Source: Gemmatimonadales bacterium
GTDB lineage: Bacteria > Gemmatimonadota > Gemmatimonadetes > Gemmatimonadales > GWC2-71-9
Direction: 5' to 3'
Length of the DNA stretch: 64,000 nucleotides
NCBI GenBank assembly: GCA_035763885.1
Contig: DASUAH010000034.1
Coordinates: forward strand, 104 to 64,103
Shown: positions 62,789 to 64,000 of the stretch, one piece after another
Position numbering within the stretch: the stretch's first letter is position 1
Layout: each line of letters starts with the position of its first letter
The notes under the pieces: model-generated
Databases searched by the model: none
What the model was told of the DNA's origin: nothing
Seen by the model: only the letters and a program-made list of their open reading frames with translations
Translations under genes and position numbers: made by a program

Positions 62789-63480
62789 CTGAGGGCGAGA
62801 GCCGGCCGCGGGATCCGCCGCCGCACATCGGCCAGGGATCCGGGATCGAGCACCGAGCCGCGCACTCCTCCCGAGCACAGCGCGCCGCGGAATCCGAGAT
62901 AGTCGGGACCCAGCCGAAGCAGCGGCGGGATGTCGCTCGGCGTCAGCGACCCCGCGAGGCCGGCGAACAGCCCTGCCGCCCGCGCCGCGCGGACGAACCG
63001 GGCCAGGTCCTCGTCGGCTGCGTGCGTCCGCAGCCCGCCCGACCGCTTGTCGGCGGTGTCGAGCATGACGCCGCGCAGCCCCGCGGCCGCGATCCGATCG
63101 AGCCGCGAGAGGTCCGGTCGCTGATCGGCGAACAGCACCGCCACCACCCTCACGCCCGCTCGCGCGGCCCGGGCCAGCGCATCGAGGCAAGGGTCGAACG
63201 GCCCGCCGCCGAACAGTCCGACCTTCACGAACGACACACCGGTGGCGGCCATCTCGGCGATGGCCGGGGCGAGGAGCAGGGGCTGCATCGGCAGGTCGCC
63301 GACCGTGGCGCTCACGGGCACGCGGCCGTCCACGAATCGCACGACGTCCGCGGCGACATCGACCGCTACCGCGCCCAGCGCGCCGGCAGACGGTTCCTTG
63401 AGATCGAGGATGTCGGCCCCGCCCGCGAGCGCCATGCGCGCTTCCGTGATGGTCCGGACGCTGGCCAGGAGGAGGGTCAC
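62785..63480 (-). CDS. mfnB: (5-formylfuran-3-yl)methyl phosphate synthase (MfnB, DUF556), methanofuran biosynthesis
   Basis: 231 aa from GTG 63480. LLASVRTITEARMALAGGADILDLKEP..GALGA, SATVGD, FVKVGL, VMLDTADK, GLAGSL and YLGFRGALC parallel the archaeal MfnB pattern. Confidence 0.85.
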   Translation of the reverse strand: MTLLLASVRTITEARMALAGGADILDLKEPSAGALGAVAVDVAADVVRFVDGRVPVSATVGDLPMQPLLLAPAIAEMAATGVSFVKVGLFGGGPFDPCLDALARAARAGVRVVAVLFADQRPDLSRLDRIAAAGLRGVMLDTADKRSGGLRTHAADEDLARFVRAARAAGLFAGLAGSLTPSDIPPLLRLGPDYLGFRGALCSGGVRGSVLDPGSLADVRRRIPRPALALS

Positions 63481-64000
63481 CGGGCGAGCCCCACGCGACG
63501 GCGCGCGGCCGCGGGAGTGATCACCGCGAGGTGATCGAGCACGGTGCCCGCCGCCGCGCGGATGCGCATCCCGTCCACCAGCGGCTGAAAGGCGCCGCCG
63601 GCCAGCCCGTCGGCGAGGATTGCCGCGCCCTGCGCCGCCGCCTTGGCCGTTCGGGCGAAGCCGTCGAGCCGGCGCACCGGCGCGATGGCGCGGAGGCCCG
63701 GCTCCAGCCGCTCGCCAACGCCCGGCTCGGCGAGAGAGCGGCCGGACAGCAGGATCTCTCGGGGCGCGGGCAGCGAGACGAGCAGGCTGCGAACCGCCTT
63801 GAGCGCCCCCTCCGCGAACGCGTCCAGCGCCAGTTCCCGTTGCGAGGGGTCCTGCTCCGCCACGAATCCGGCCCCGCCGCGAAAGAGCATGGCCTTGGTC
63901 ACCTCTCCCGCGAGGTAGGCCACCTCGCCGTCCAACGCCCCGCACGAACGCCAGCCGATCGGGCCGCTCGTGCCGCCGACACCATCGACGACCCGGCCCT
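63477..64000 (-). CDS. partial CDS (C-terminal ~174 codons; open to window end), DUF1464/ASKHA-like protein
   Basis: The frame stays open from 63477 to base 63998, the last complete codon before the window edge at 64000 (…GRVVDGVGGTSGPIGWRSCGALDGEVAYLAGEVTKAMLF…). GTGA overlap with the mfnB start. The family call is tentative. Confidence 0.6.
   Translation of the reverse strand, partial: GRVVDGVGGTSGPIGWRSCGALDGEVAYLAGEVTKAMLFRGGAGFVAEQDPSQRELALDAFAEGALKAVRSLLVSLPAPREILLSGRSLAEPGVGERLEPGLRAIAPVRRLDGFARTAKAAAQGAAILADGLAGGAFQPLVDGMRIRAAAGTVLDHLAVITPAAARRRVGLAR

Overview
This is a very GC-rich (roughly 70% by eye) bacterial chromosomal window packed with protein-coding genes. I found no rRNA, tRNA, CRISPR array, transposase or integrase by eye. 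All calls rest on my reading of the sequence and ORF track; no database search or RNA folding was run, and many start codons are approximate.

**1-26.4 kb, housekeeping and envelope genes**
- An ECF sigma, zinc anti-sigma and PDZ protein operon.
- A prephenate dehydratase fused to DAHP synthase. It is preceded by what looks like a classical attenuator: leader peptide MAMRAYWFFYFTASGAARRVRFGE plus an intrinsic terminator.
- yggX, fabH, and a split MacAB-like efflux operon that ends in an amine oxidase.
- A PLD/HD/cyclophilin/DUF255 gene string, a cytochrome c, and an OmpA protein with TSP3 repeats.
- A SelW/Rdx-like gene with an in-frame TGA and a SECIS-like hairpin, which ORF calling missed.
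- pfk and a prolyl oligopeptidase.

**26.4-64 kb, a methylotrophy island**
- A lanthanide-type (D-Y-D motif) PQQ methanol dehydrogenase operon: xoxF, xoxJ, a cytochrome c, a pentapeptide-repeat protein and a YVTN lipoprotein.
- About 30 kb of tetrahydromethanopterin (H4MPT) and methanofuran (MFR) cofactor-biosynthesis and C1-transfer genes. These include beta-RFAP synthase, DUF447, pabAB, an MJ0301-type DHPS-like protein, PCD, an SDR, HisA-like, PTPS-like and CitG-like proteins, an amino-acid-kinase-like protein, mch, two ftr/fhcD copies, mfnB, three ATP-grasp ligases and a hydantoinase-like protein.

**Most interesting signal**
- The island holds two non-equivalent formyl-MFR-converting gene sets.
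- One is a degenerate FhcB/FhcA/Ftr (hydrolase-type) set.
- The other is a complete fwdD-B-A-C set whose FwdB keeps the Cys-His metal-ligand motif.
- An FprA/adrenodoxin-reductase-type NADPH flavoprotein is translationally coupled between the two sets.
- This suggests a bacterial NADP-linked formyl-MFR dehydrogenase module.
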